A DNA stretch of 64,000 nt from Paraspadella gotoi (taxonomy: Eukaryota; Animalia; Chaetognatha). Made by a program: the position numbers and the translations under genes. The stretch lies in contig CM119270.1 of NCBI GenBank assembly GCA_051294375.1, positions 8,791,213 to 8,855,212 of the forward strand, read 5' to 3'. The notes under the pieces were generated by a model, which had not been told where the DNA came from, made no database searches, and saw nothing but the letters and a program-made list of their open reading frames with translations. Shown here piece by piece: positions 24,801 to 39,093 of the stretch (position 1 is its first letter; each line of letters opens with the position of its first letter).

Positions 24801-27800
24801 CATATTTTCATAATCAATGCATACTGGAGATGGTAAATACTTTTTAACAAGCTTTGAGTTTAATCTCATTAGTACCATGGCGGGTATTTCAGAAAACAAA
24901 TATGATGCTGAACCCCACATTTGAATGTCAGGACTTATTGCTATGGTTTTTCGTAAATTCAAAGGTAATTCATATAAATTTGTGTCTACAAATCCTTCAT
25001 TTTCACTCTCAGCAAAAGTATTTATTATTGATATCACTATGTCTATAAATCCATTAAAGACAGATGGAATAGAAAGGTGATTTACGGAAGAATATTCATT
25101 GGTAATTTCTGGGAATAACTTGTTTATTATTCTACTTAAAACACTTAATTCGAATTTCCAAGGATTTAATTTCATTTTGAGCATTGTAGCAGAAATATAT
25201 TCTAGCATTCCTCCAGAGTTCAAATGTTGAAGGAGCCCCAGAAGAAATTGATGACATGTAGTTCGCAAAAATTCAATGAGACCTATTCAAAATTTAACAT
25301 AAGTATGTATGATTTTTTAGGTTTTTTACTTTCGGTCTTCGGACAATTATTTTGAGGGCAGCTGTTTGCTGAAATCAGTTAAAAACCATTCAAAACATCA
25401 TAACCTTTTAGATATAGTGATATCCAGAGAAACTTTTCAAAACAATCTAAATATTTTTTGAGGAAAAACTAATATTTAAAGTTTATAACATAAACATACC
25501 TAAAGTATAAAAAATTATAGTTATTTATTCCTTTAATTGTAATTAATTTTATGAAAAAGAATCTATAATTGGTTTTCCCACTATGAAAAAAATATCATGA
25601 TTTCAATTATTGCAATTTGTATGCAATGAAATACCTGACAATTCCTCCTGATATCGAAGAAGAACGCGAGTGAGGTGTTTATAAATTTCATTGAAGACCA
25701 TTCCGTCATTTCCTAAATAAAAAAAAATGTCGCATGTACTAAAAGTATCATCACAGATACGATAAAATATCAGTTATACCTCGAAACTGAGGAAGAAGCG
25801 CCATCCAATTCAGCGCGTTTTTAGTCACATTTAGCAAGACTTCGGGTTCGAACGAAACCAGCTCACGACGACGTATGAACTCGTGCATCCCGCGCAAGAA
25901 GGGATCCATCTTCGTCGCCAGCAGGTCCACGTAACGCGACGAAATCTCGCATTCGCTTTTGCGCCTCTCGCGGTCACTGACCCAAACAAGAAGGGAACAA
26001 ACGGAATCCGACATCGAGTTGTTGTTGTTGTTCTCACGACAACCCCAGATTTTTAAGGAGGCGGTGACGAGGACGACGAAGTCTCTATCGCAGGCGCCTT
26101 TAAGAAAATCCTGGAGAGGGGTTCGGAGGATTCCCCGGAGTCGATCGTCGAGAGATTCTTTGGAAAAATCGTCGTAGGGCTCGTCTTCGTCTAGGAGGCG
26201 ATCTCCATCCACGAATCCTTTCCTCTCATGTTTTTCCAACACAACTAAAAATTCCATTGCTGTTTTGGTGGCGTTCGTAAAGAATTTCGCCAACGCCAAC
26301 GCCTTGTCAAAAAGACGCAACATGGAATCGGCCTCCGGTGTTTCCCTCATCGCTCCCAGAACCGTCTCTCTCAGAAAAGATTGCAGTTTCGTTACAAAGG
26401 TTAGATCAGAAATAATTTCCGAATTTATTTTATTCCAGAACCACAATAAATATATTTCGTCTTCCTCGCGACGGTCTATCCATGAAACGCATAGCCTCGC
26501 GGCGAAACGGAAAATTATGGAGATTCCTTCACCGTATTTTCTCCATCGTTCGATTGCCCTGATTTTCCAGTCGGCTAGATATCTGTCAATCACTCTCTCC
26601 GTGATTTTTCTGACGGAAAGGAAAGAAAGGTTTTTATCGTGTCGAGCAAGAATATCGAGTTGTTCCCAAATATCGATGAAATCGGCGTCTTTTTCTTCCG
26701 CGGCCAATTTCTTTAACGTCACTATTACCCGACGGCCAAAATTGAGAAAAGACTCATTAGACCTAGCTGCAAGGTCCATCGACATCCAAGAGTGATACTC
26801 TTCCGTAAAAGCCAGAATTTGTTTCATCAACGATTCCCTCTCTTGACTCGCGAGCTGGCAATCGCTATCATTGTGGCAGAGAAGAAATTTAATCAAAGCT
26901 TCCAACTGAGCCGAGGATAACGATGACAGATACGAAAGATTTTGAGTTTCCAACTTTTGCTTCTTGTAATTTCCGTCGTTGACTCTGGATGTTTCATTGG
27001 TGGCGTCGTCATTCCTCCTATCCAGTTGGAGCACCTCCAAAAACATCTTTTTCCAATCGTCCGTCAAACTAGAGACCATTCTTTCGATCGGATGTCCGCA
27101 AAGGAATTCGCGGAGATCCTCGGTCTCCACGTTGAAGTCGAGTTCATCAAAGATGTCGGCGCCGACGCCGCAAACCTCGCGCCTCCAGGCATTGCTGTTG
27201 ACGAGAGACTGGAGGGCGTTCCGTTCGGCGCCACAGAGTTTCGCGTCAACCAAAGCCTGAATCAAGACGGGATGTTTTTCTTATTTATTTTTTAAATTTA
27301 TTTAAAATTATTTAAAATTATTTAGGTGTGTCTCAAAAGATACTAATATGTTGTATTGAAAAAGTAACTCGAATTTATTCCTACCGTATGTCTAATCTCA
27401 AACAAAACAATAAAAACGTCAGTTAATTTTAACTTAATTGATAATTTTTTTTTACTTTCAATACTCGTCGTCCTTGTTTTGAAAAAGGAAATTCTTTAAA
27501 AAGTTTCGCAAGAGAATTGGAAACGTCCAAGTCTTTGACTGATTTCAAACGAATACAACCGCCGATAGATGGAATAACACGAGGTCGGCTTGTGGTGCTG
27601 AAATGAAGACCGAAAAAATTGTTCTTAAAAAAAAAAAGCATCAATTTTATACTCGTATTTGTAGATTTGTATGCTGTATAGTTAATTAAGTGATTAAAGA
27701 AACAATCTCTCTCTTTCTCTCTCACTCCTCTCTCCCAACCTTCTTTTTACCTCTCCCTCTCCTACCTATTGAAGGCCTCCACAAAGCAATACAGTTGAGA

Positions 27801-28799
27801 TTCTCGCCGGACGGCGGGGAGCGCGGGGTCGCGGTCATAAAAGTGGTGACGACAAGCGCAAGCGTCGTCAAAGGGGCGTTCCCTCGCCCTTTCGGTCGCC
27901 AGGTCGATGAGACGAAGGATCGTTTGCGAGATTGACTCTCTCCTTTCATCCTGCGAGGAAAAGAAGGAAAAAATGTTTAGGTCAATTTAATGTAATTACG
28001 ATTTTAAATTTAAAATTATCTATCGCTCATGACAATAGGATGATCTTGATATTAAATAGGTGCCGGTCGAATTTCCTTCATCATCATCGTCATCATCATC
28101 ATAATCGATTTTTATCGCACTAAAGATCACGTCCGACAACTATGATGAGGAACTATGAGGAACTATGATGAGGAACTATGATGAGGAACTCCCTCATCCA
28201 ATCAATCAGGCGCTCGCGTCTGATGCGATTTTATACAAACGCTGACGTCATTCCATTCAGTCGAGCAAATGACTGTCTTCACCTCTCGGGACAAAGAGGA
28301 AATATAGCGAATGACCTTGATAGTCTCATCCATCAAAAACGTTCCGTTGACTTGACGAAAATCTAAAACGTGTACAATTAAACCAAATAAATGAATTATT
28401 TAAAATGAACGGGAGTAGATCTAACTAATGGGGATTAATAATAAAGAATCAGCATTATCAAGATCATAATCATCATCATTTAACAAAACTTGATTAACAT
28501 TTAAAAGATCATAATTAATTTGGCCGATAGATAACGCTACCAGTAGCGGTTGGCCTTCTGTCGAGGAGAGGGCTTTCTTCAGCTTGAAGCAACGATCGCA
28601 ACAATCTCGATACAACGGGATATCGAGATAGAAGAGCTGAGAGAAACAAATACAAAAATATTATTATCGAAAAGATCATTACATATATAACTATGAGAAT
28701 AAAAGTGAAGAAACAAGAAAAAATATTAAAATAAAGAAAGAAATAGGGAAACTAACAAAGAAAAATAAACGAAAGAAAGAAAGAAAGAAAAAACGAAAT

Positions 28800-28830
<31 letters not shown>

Positions 28831-30877
28831 ATAAAAAACTAACTAATCATTCAACCAATCATCCAAAAAACTAACTCACAGATTGTGCGGCATTTTTCTT
28901 TGAGAAGGAGAGTTAATCCGTCCAAAAATCGATGACATTTTTCAAACTGACTGATATCGTTTTTCTCTCTGTCGGTATTAGCGAAAACAGAAAACGTTTC
29001 GAACAGAGCGTCGAGTAAAGACCACAGGAGCACTTTAGTCCTTGAGCAAGAAATAAACGCGTCATTCTAATTTTAAAATTAGTGCAACGAGAATTGAACT
29101 TTCAATCTCACCTGTGTGAACCTCGAATCAGTTGGAAAGCTCCGCCAACGGCGTCGACGATCGCATTGTTCATTTCGTTCATCTCGTTTTCGGACGAATC
29201 GTTGCGGACTTCCATGACCAACAGCTCGTCCGCCAACGGTTGTCCAAAGACGGTGTACCACGCGAATATTTTCTTAATCAATCAATGAATCAATCGGTTT
29301 ATCTATATTTTTTTAAATCGTCAATAATTCAATTAGTCAAATAATTTCGGATTAAAACAGTCAAAAAATATGAAAATGGTACAACCAATATAAAAATTAT
29401 CCATTCATTTAATAAATAAGCTATCTTGCCCCTGACTTTGGACAGGCTTTGGTGATTTAAGGCCTCCATCACTCTTACAAGATATGTTATTAATAAAAAC
29501 ATCAACAATCCGCCAATCAGTAAATTTTAGATTTATCAATTATAAAATTATAAATCAAAATATATATCAACTTACTTTCTTCAAAGTCTCGTCCATGACG
29601 GACTCCATTCCTTTCACGACGGCCCGCAACCATCCAACGACAACTCGACGATGTCGCAGTACGCTCTGCTGCAGGTTCGAGTTTTGCTGAAGACGATGCA
29701 GCACCTCGTCGACGAGTGGTTCTGCTGCGCGGAGAAGGCGGTGGACACCGCCAAGAATGAGGCGAGGACGCGTGGGTAAGCGTGATGGTGGGACATCTTG
29801 GGTAGACAGGGGTGTGAAAGAGAGAGAGAGAGAGAGAGATAGATATTGATATTGAAAATAGGAGGAGAGCTTTAGGCCAGTTTTCAAAACTACCTGAGAG
29901 AGAGAGGTATTAAAGAAAAGAAAAATCAAATAATAAAAAAATAGTGCAGGAAACACCTTATTCCTTCGTATTTTATTTCCTTTTTAAAATTAGTTCATGA
30001 CATCCGGTTTTTTTTCAGTAATTCATGCATCTCTCTCTCTCTCACCCAATACAATCCTCTTTCTCGTTTCCTCCACCGTCTTCTCTCGTCCTCCATTCTC
30101 GACGATAACTTGAACAACGACATCGTAATCGAACCTGAATTGAATATCAATTTCTTAAATGTTATATTAGTAAAATTTATTTTTGAGCGCACCAGGGAAC
30201 GAGTTTTGGAAACGCCGCCCATGTTTCGTCCGACGAAAAGTTGGCACTGAACTTGCGGATTTTTTGAGTTTTTGGGTCAGTTTCTCTTAACGTCAAAGCG
30301 TAACGGGACTTTCGGACAAGCAGAAGAAATTGTTACAAATGCCAAAATAAAAATGGGCTAACATTAAATTAACATTAAATTCCAAATTGCATTGGTATCA
30401 GAGAGACTTACTGCCATGCGTTTGGCACAGTTTTGTTCCGACCAAGTAAGATTTACATCATTGCTGTTTGGTCCATAATTAACTTTTATCTTTAAACTTT
30501 GGCAATCTAAAACGTGAAACATAAAAAATCATATATGACTAAATATGTAAAATAAATTGTTACTTACCAGAAAATTGCAGTTTTGTTATTCCCGCTGAAA
30601 CGTAAACCTATAAAATGTTCATAAAAATATTTCAGGATTTTATTGAGTTCAAGGCAAAATTAAAATATTTCTAACAATGTCTTGTTTAGTAGGAGAAGAA
30701 TGTCGTTAAAGCTTAATTTATTTTAAAAAATGTATTACTAATTTTTTACTCCGCTTTATTTTACAATATGTAAATTTTATAAATTACCAAAAACAGGGAC
30801 GCGGCAAAAGTTCTTGCTGAGGCATAAAAATAAACTGGTCCACGTAACATTTTGACTGGTGGACGTCGGTAAATCAT
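18855..30877 (-). CDS. Large type I membrane protein: signal peptide, FN3, long Cys-punctuated helical region, FN3(s), SEA-like, EGF-like, TM, short tail
   Basis: Spliced 5' exons (30788-30877, ~30568-30607, ~30412-30506, ~30193-30308, 30046-30134) give MLRGPVYFYASARTFAASLFLVYVSA and an FN3 (VNLTWSEQ..SRYALTL..LVPWFDYDVVVQV). Middle exons run from ~29796 down to ~22560, including the large ORFs 25751-27265 and 23358-25268. 3' exons give PDPPENFNL..LILSWN (FN3), RNGSIIIEYDVEY (SEA-like), CQCRNGVCCQHIGAEPFCKC (EGF), a TM ending LLYVRKK, and stop at 18855-18857. Some joins near 21.7-23.5 kb and the gap at 22432 are unresolved. Confidence 0.75.
20035..20277 (+). repeat. Dispersed structured ~240-bp repeat, family D, copy 1 (intronic)
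   Basis: Clearly homologous to the reverse complement of 43915-44136; GC-rich island in an AT-rich intron with several hairpins. Confidence 0.8.
22432..22441. other. Assembly gap
   Basis: Run of N. Confidence 0.99.
28139..28190 (+). repeat. Short intronic tandem repeat (ACTATGATGAGGA)n
   Basis: About 4 copies of a 10-13 bp unit. Confidence 0.8.
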
Positions 30878-32690
30878 ATATTAAATTTGTTTTTTTATTA
30901 TTATTTTTTAAGATAATCAATTTAATAACTGGTGACTCGGAATTGTGGCGATAGAGAAAGAACCGCACCTACTTTTGATGGCTGGGACTAATCTTCTTCT
31001 TCCTTCTTTGTCTGTGATTTCATGAATAAATTCAGGAATCCTGTTTATCTAGCTCTCGATAAAAGACATTCCTGTTCACAATAGAATTAATCTCGTTAAA
31101 GAACCGACTAAAGAATAACGATGTACGCCCCTTAATCTTTTACAACATTAAAGTAGTGTCTGACAATATTGCCTTCTAAATTTTTGAATGTTTGAGTTAT
31201 AAAACCGTCTCCAGTTACTTTTTCTTCCTGTACTTGAAAACAGGAAATTGAAAATGGAGAGGCAAATGTCAATTAACCACACAACAGTTTACACATAATT
31301 TACTATAACTTTAAACTCCAGACATTCCATAAGATTTTTTTTAAAAATGATTTAAGAAAAATATTTTTTTAAAAAAAGAATCCATGCCTATAAATTTTAT
31401 CACAATTGGTCAAGTGATTTAAGAGATATGATTTTTTAAACTTTTTTAACAAGATGTAAAAATCGAATTTTATTCCAAAGCTTCAGAAATCAGAATAATT
31501 GACCTATCATTCATCTTATTTTTTAATAACCTTAAGATTATTATTTAGGGATCTGGGTAAATCCAGTTGACTAGCTATCCCTCCAGATGTTAAGTGTAAA
31601 TTAATTTTATATAATTCAGAATAATTTTTTTAAAAAATCAGTCTTCAATGAATCAAATTTTTTTATGTTTAGTTTTGTTGTTAAGTACTTCATTTAAAAA
31701 AAAATCACTGCTCCTAAGAGGAAAATCCTTTTTTTTTAAATTTATACTAAACTTCTTTTTTAATAAATTTTAATTTACTTAAATTTTTTTTAACATCAAA
31801 GTATAGAAGGTGATTTATAAATGTTAATAAAAAGTGGCGCGTTTTTTTGTTGCACATGACTGCGATTGAAAATTTTGAGATGACCCAAATCTATTCCTCT
31901 CATTTAGATAGATACAGTCGCGGTAAAAGAAAGGCACGTATCTAAAACCGATTGCCCGATTTTCCTTGCCAAATAAAATTAAAACTTTAAAGTCTTCTAA
32001 GGCTACTAATAATACTGAAGTAATGCAAAAGGTTTTTTGGTACAATAATATTATTAGCACCAGTGCTAACTTATCAGAATAAGAAGAATGTACTAAATAA
32101 TACTAGGTAAACCAAAATATAGTTAAGAAATTGGTAAAACCAACATAAAGATTATCTATTCATTCAACAAATAAGCTATATCTCCTCTGACTTTGGACAG
32201 CCTATGGTAGGTTAAAACCACTATCCCTTTTTCAAGATACAAGCCTATTACAGGCTTTCAGTCCATATATTTTTTTTGGTAAAAGATATAGTTATTTAAA
32301 TAAATCATTGTATTCAGCAATATACAAATAAAGACGAGTAATCAAATAAAAACGTGTGACAAACCCTTAAGCTTTCGATTGGAATGCTAAGGACAATTTA
32401 AATCAAAGTAAAAAATACAAGAAATTAAGTTTAATATTGGTGACTTAGCATTTTGAAGTTACAAATATTAAGTTAACAACCTGCTTGTAATTCAAATTGA
32501 ATTATATTACGCCTTTCTCTGTTTAAGAAACTATGCTGTTTTAAAATATAATTTTAAATAAAACAGGGAAAAAGAAATAAAAGTGTCTTAACAACAAGTT
32601 TTGAAGCAACAAGAATGATAACAACGCGTAAAAATTATTTTCCAGAACAAAGTCAAAAACACACTAAAACTAAAGAAAATAAATAACATT

Positions 32691-34807
32691 TCAATCAATG
32701 ACGATGCACTCAGAATCTTCACATTGACTAATATTAGCAGCGGATATTGCATTTACACTAATTCCATGTTTTTTGTTGACCGCGGTTTTTTCTGCAGATT
32801 TTCGACAACTACCTCCTCCCAAAAAAGACATTTTACGAGCAGTTAAATTTTTGGAACTTGATGCCGTTGGAAGAATTAATTTGTTGGTGCTATCAGTAAG
32901 TAGTGCTGAATTTCGCAAGGAGTTTATCATTTTGCTTCCGATGTTAAGTCCCGCGAGTGCATTCAAGGCTGTAGTCGCTGGTTCAGACAAAGTGGCCAAA
33001 GATGAACGCGACTGGGAGGTGACTTTGTCTTCTTCACTATTTCTGCTAATTGATTTGTTTTGCGGAGAAACGCTCGGAGAAATGGAAAGAGATTTGGACG
33101 AGGAAGAAGGCAATATTTCTACGGCTTTAAATATATTTCCTCTCGAAGTGACCAACGATTCCCTCATGATAAACACGCCACGACCATGCGAATTAAGGTG
33201 ATTTTGGATCTGAGAATTAGCGACGTTGCATTCGTAGCTGTTTTCGAATTCACAAAGTCGGCACTTAAAGATGGTATTGCACTGGCAATCCGGTTTATTT
33301 GTGCAAGGATTCATTGGTATCGGTCGGTGACTGTTCGTAGCGTAGGTGATTTCACAGTTTTCTTCATCAGAATCTGACAAAACTATTACATCTTTCGCCT
33401 CCTCCTTTGCTGAAGAAAGCTTGGAAGCGTGACTAGAGTCATTTAGGAGATCGGCGGGATGAGTCATTACTGTTCCTTTCGCAGTCATCATTATTGAGGG
33501 AAGCATTGATCCAGGAAATTTCGGAACTAATCGAGAAACTTTTTCTAACGAGGAAACTTCTTTGGTAGGAACGAGTTGCCCGCAGTTTATGTCATAAAGA
33601 ACTGTTGTTTTCCAACATTTCTCTTTTGGTTTAGTGTTAAATTGAATAACATTGGATGGTAATCGTTTTAACATTACTCTACAAGGAGAGAGTTTTCGAG
33701 TTAATATCCGGGATTGCTTTGTCAATCCGGTATGAAACACTCTGAAAAATTCTCGTCGGTCTGCCTTGCTGAATTTGTATAAGTGAACAAAGCCATTGTA
33801 TCTATTCTTTTTATTACAGCTTAAGGGAAAAGTTGATTTTCCCCTTTCCCTTAAATGTTCGAGTTTTCCAGTCTGGCAGTACTTCTCATAATTAGAAATG
33901 GCATTTTTTCCGGTAGGAAAGCATTCACTGTAGTATGAAAGTATACGCTGACCCAATGGCGATGATAATGGAATGTCCAGACCGTTTTTCCTCCTTTTTG
34001 CGCATCTTTTCTGTTTAAGCACATCAAGGAATCCGAGAGCTGATCTTGAGCTAGATCTAAATAGATTTTTATTAGCATTGAGATATTCTTCTGAGTCTTC
34101 AACCACTTCTTCTTTGATAGTTGGAAAGTCAGTTACTTCGCTGTCAGTGTCTACTGAATCCAATGTCAAATCTACAAACACGATATCGAGTTCCGAAGGA
34201 TTTGTTTTAGATAAGCTGGTGACGTTCTTTGCAAAATTTTGATCATTGTTTTTAATCAAACCGAGTGATGAGAAAAACGTTGATTCCGGTTCTATCTCTG
34301 TAAAATTTGGTTCAGAGTAGGGGGAACGTTCATTTTTACCTCTTGTGATTTGATCTTTTAAATTTTTTTTGTTTTTAAATTTTGGCATGGTCGTGCTGTT
34401 GTTTAGTGAGTATTTATTTAAAGATTTCACTACAGGATGTTTGTTAGATATTGCAATTCGAGATTCCGGTCTTGAATCTGTTGTGGATGCATAAGAAATG
34501 GTGGTACTGTCAGAATCATCCGAATCAAAAATGTCTTCTATAGAACAAACTTTGCGCGATTTAAACGCTTTGGGCAGAATTAATCTTCCTTCGTCCTGGA
34601 GTATTTCTCGTTGGCTTGTCGTCAAAGATGCTTCAACGTAAGGTAGTTTAATACTTAAAACCTAAAAATCAATGTATGTATCTTATGTATTTTTATTCAT
34701 TAATGGAAAAAAATTTCACATTGAGGAGATATTTTACGACACCTTACCTTTTGTTGATGAAAGTCCATGATAGACACACCATTATGGTGTGCTATTTGAT
34801 GTTTCAT
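32691..34807 (-). CDS. Uncharacterised probably nuclear protein with one C2H2-type zinc finger
   Basis: Exon 34748-34807 (MKHQIAHHNGVSIMDFHQQK|GTAAGG) splices in frame to 32691-34661. Contains FKCRLCEF..IQNHLNSH, basic NLS-like KQKRCAKRRK and SIM-like VIVLSDSDEE / CIVID. The start codon choice is uncertain. Confidence 0.75.
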
Positions 34808-35286
34808 TTACCATTTGCATAAAGGTGATAGGTTTTGGAAAAGTCAGATGGTAGTCTTGTTATTGATTTTCTGAAATTATTTGGAAAAGTCGTTATAAAT
34901 AAAAGTTAACGTGAAAAAAGATTGCACAGGCATTAGAGTCAATTCAAAACTTTCTACAGGAGAACAAGGATGAAATAATGCTATGATTTGTAGTAAAACA
35001 AATATTCTCGGACCAAACTACCAAAAGTGAGAATTGGCCCCTCGAGCACTTCTAGCTAACATAAGCAGTAGCAGTATCTCATATGCGATAATTACTTAGA
35101 AAAAGCTAAACGTTTTATGTTGACTTAACTTTTGAAATCTATGCTAACAAAAAATTTCGACTAGTTATCAAGTAAATCAGGCAAAAATTAGCAAGTGGCA
35201 ATAAAGTCCCAAAGCATCAATAAGAGGATGCATGATCTTCATTGGCTATTGCGTATCACGTGACCGTAAAAGATAATAGAATTCGT

Positions 35287-35334
<48 letters not shown>

Positions 35335-37503
35335 TTCTCTTCGATAATAGCTGCCATCTGGCGATGGGAACAAAAATTCGGTGACCTTTTGTTTAATTTT
35401 AATTTTAGATACTTGATTTGTTTTGTAGCTCAACAAATTCTAATTGTTTGTCCTATTTTATCAAACTTTTATGTTACCTTGGGCTAAGCTTTTAATTTCA
35501 TAAACTTCTTGATTGTAAAATCACACTAAATCATGGCTTAGCAAATAGATTAAATAAACTATAAAATATTTTATTTGAGAATAATTATAAATCTTTTTAA
35601 CACCGATTAGTGCCTTAAAATATAATAAGGAATTGTAACAAATTAGGACAAATGGTCGATATTAAATAATGAGCATATAGAATGCTGATAAAACATTTAT
35701 ATCTATTAACATGAGCACATTGTACAGTAACAATATTCGTCTATCTTAGACGAGAAAAAGACAGTCTATTCAATCATAAAAAATTATATGTGTTATGATT
35801 TGTAGAAATGAGTTCAACAGGGGTTTTAAAGATAACGTTAAAGCCTCATGGTGAGCAAAAAGAATCTTCGTGATAAAATAATTTAAAATCTATTTTTTTT
35901 TTTTTTAATAAAACAGAGATTTAATATACCTTTAAAACGCCCGCATATTGGCATGATATTTGAAACTCTGGCCCCAAATCAGAATAAATAATAAGTATTA
36001 AAATAATGCACTCGTTCTTGTTGAAAAAAGGTACAAAATTATCACTACTTTCCCGAATGACACAATCACGCGACTAAGAAATGGTATAAACACGAAATAA
36101 TAATAAATATAAATACTATTAGCAAATGATAAAAGCCGACATTATCACAATCAATCATCATAGACAAAAGTTTGAAAAGTATGTTAAGCTAAAAGAGTAA
36201 ATATTTAAAAAGAAGGTAGAGTAAAAACACTTTTTAGATTGATAGAAAAAATCATGTTTTATCGTTTAATTTATAAAGAATAACTGATGCGTATAAGTGG
36301 CTACAAACTGAATAAATGTATAATAACCATGTAAAATATTCATTTACCCTAAACGGCAAAAAGTATAATAGCATTTAAAAATGTTCATGCTTGAAATATC
36401 AAATTTCATGATTAAAAGCATTGTAACTAATGAATAAATAAATATAAGTTTTGATTAAAGGAGGAACGCATACCGTTTACTATATATTCTGCACATGAGT
36501 AGGGATTACAATGATAGGCTGATAGACAATAATCCTTCATTGAAAATGGTTTTACTTTTATTAAAAATATGAAAAAGGGCATATTGTCAGGCCTTTTTAT
36601 ATCACTCATCATGTGAGAAGAATTGCACTGTGTATAAAAAGTATTTAGTATAAAACATCTTTCCTGGGCACACTTAGTAGTTTTGCAACAAAAATATTAT
36701 TTAGCTAATGAAATCTAATTTGCCTACATTTCCATGGGTAAAAAAATGAAATAAAACTTGAAAGAATTTCGGTTTTATCGAGTATAATTCTTATTGTATT
36801 TTTAACTAAGTACCAATCTCCAGTCTAAAATATTCCAATAATTGTTTTTTGCTATATTTTGGATAGATAAAATGTTTATTTTTTTCACATTCATTCATTC
36901 ATTCGACTTTTCTTAATTTGTTAAAATTTATTTTTGAAGTGGTTAAATATTCCTGCGGTATGCATTACGCCACTTAAAGATACGGAATATACCTAATAAT
37001 TTTTCACAAGCGGCAAATAATTTTACTAGTAAATATTTATTTTTAGCTTCCTTAATTTTAATATGAATTGATTGGAATAAAGCTTTTTAAAACTTACTTT
37101 TGTAATATAAAAATTAAAACCAGATTTTTGAATAAACCCCCCCAAAAAATTAAAGCTATTTTTTTTTATTATCCTCAATCTAAATTTTTTTATAAAATAA
37201 ATTAAAAAATAGTTTAAGCAATATTAATTTGTAAAAAAACAAAAAAGGGGATTAAATCTAAAAAAAAAGACAGCCCATTTGAAGCAAAATTTAATACTTT
37301 TAATTATATTGCATTCACATAGCAGCACTTATAGCGAAGGCCACTTATAACCCATCGTATTTAGTAGAACAAGCTCTTGTGAATGTGTTGTAACTTTCGG
37401 CTTTCATGTTTTTATCGTTATACAGTTGTGCCCTTTACTACCTTTAATTCTGTTTTTAAACAAACGCCCCTGATAGTAAATGCAGAATCAGTCAACATCT
37501 GGG

Positions 37504-39010
37504 TCAGTTGACACTGTATGAATATTCTTGCCCCTGTAGGTCGGCCCGTTGGAATGGACCCGGAGGTAACGGGGCTTGCGTTTCTTGAAAAGGAGCAGCG
37601 TTTCCTGCATAATCCCACGGGTTGGTTGTCGTTGCTTCCGTATCGTAACCATAGTAACCATTGCTGTCGACCACGCCGCCATTTTGCAGAAGGGCGCCGT
37701 TTTGATGATTGTTGACGGCGTTTTGATGAGGATCGATGCCATTTTGTTTCGATGGCGGAGGCATTTTTGTCTCTTTTCGGGAGTGTGTCATTCCATACCC
37801 GAAATACATGGCGCAACCTGGTGAAACAAAGTTTTTAAATTTTGATTATCACTGTAAAATAGGTAACAAATTGTATAAACGAGTTCTGATTCGTTTATGA
37901 GATTTCGGCATCAATGCTCTGGTTTCAGCGGCTCGCCAGTGTAAGGGAACGTTTTTAAAAGGATATCAATCACACTCACCATTTAAAACTTTCCTCTCGG
38001 GTTATATCTGGGATCACCCCAACTTCTCTGACATTACTGGGTCGACATGAACCCACCAGTATTCTGAGGCAGTCACCGAACGTCTGAAGCTCTTAAATCT
38101 AGTCGGCGAGATTCGTCACGCATAGAGAATCCTAGGCGATCCCCGCCGTTGCCACAACGGACTAAAACGCACAGCATCAGCTACGGGTTCCCTTGAAAGA
38201 CCAACCTGCGGCGAACCAGACGCCGAGTCGCGCCCAGGCGGACGGATGAAGTCGCACCATCAGAAAGAGATTGATGCAAATGGCGCCACAAGGAAGTATT
38301 GGGAGACATGGGGCCATGAAGGTCAGTTTGGTTCTGCAGTGAAACATTAATGTTAATGCTTTTACGTAAGGTACCATGTTTGCATATAACATTAGTTTTG
38401 ATTCATTTGCACTGTTACAAACGTTCACGAAAAAAACTACAGGGAAGTTTCGACTAATTTAAATTGTATTCACCAATTTTGACAGCTGCTTGACTTGGTC
38501 GCGGAAATTTGTTTATTACAACTCAATTCTGGCAGAAGCTCTCTTTTTGATTTAAATAGATTTAAATAGATTTAAGTAGAACGAAATCTTTCTACTTCAA
38601 CTTTTTAAAATCTTTTTCAACCGTGACGAGCGATCATATTTCTCTCGAAAAAGGCCTTATTCTCCCAAAGCCCCAAACCTGTTCTGCGGCTGCCTCCACA
38701 GCATGAAGATGCCGACGACGATGGCGACGATGAGGCAGAGAAGAAAGACAATGGAGAGGCCGTCCCCCTCAGCGAGGGCGTCCTGGCCGAAGCGGAGGAG
38801 AATGGCGAGCGCGAGTTTCGTCAGACACAAATAGATGACGATGTAGGACGACTTTTTGGCCGTCGACTCATTGGGTGATACTTCCGAACCTGCGAGCGTT
38901 TTTTGGGAATGACGAAATGTGGAGGAGCATGGAAAGAAATACGGATTGGATGAGGCTCTTTATAAAAGTTGAACTCGCAAGAAAAACGAAAGAAAGAAAG
39001 AAAGAAAGAT

Positions 39011-39093
<83 letters not shown>

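Noticed and set aside
28139-28190. CRISPR-like or regulatory arrays (also 48697-48750)
   Set aside because: Head-to-tail minisatellites without unique spacers, in introns of a eukaryotic genome.
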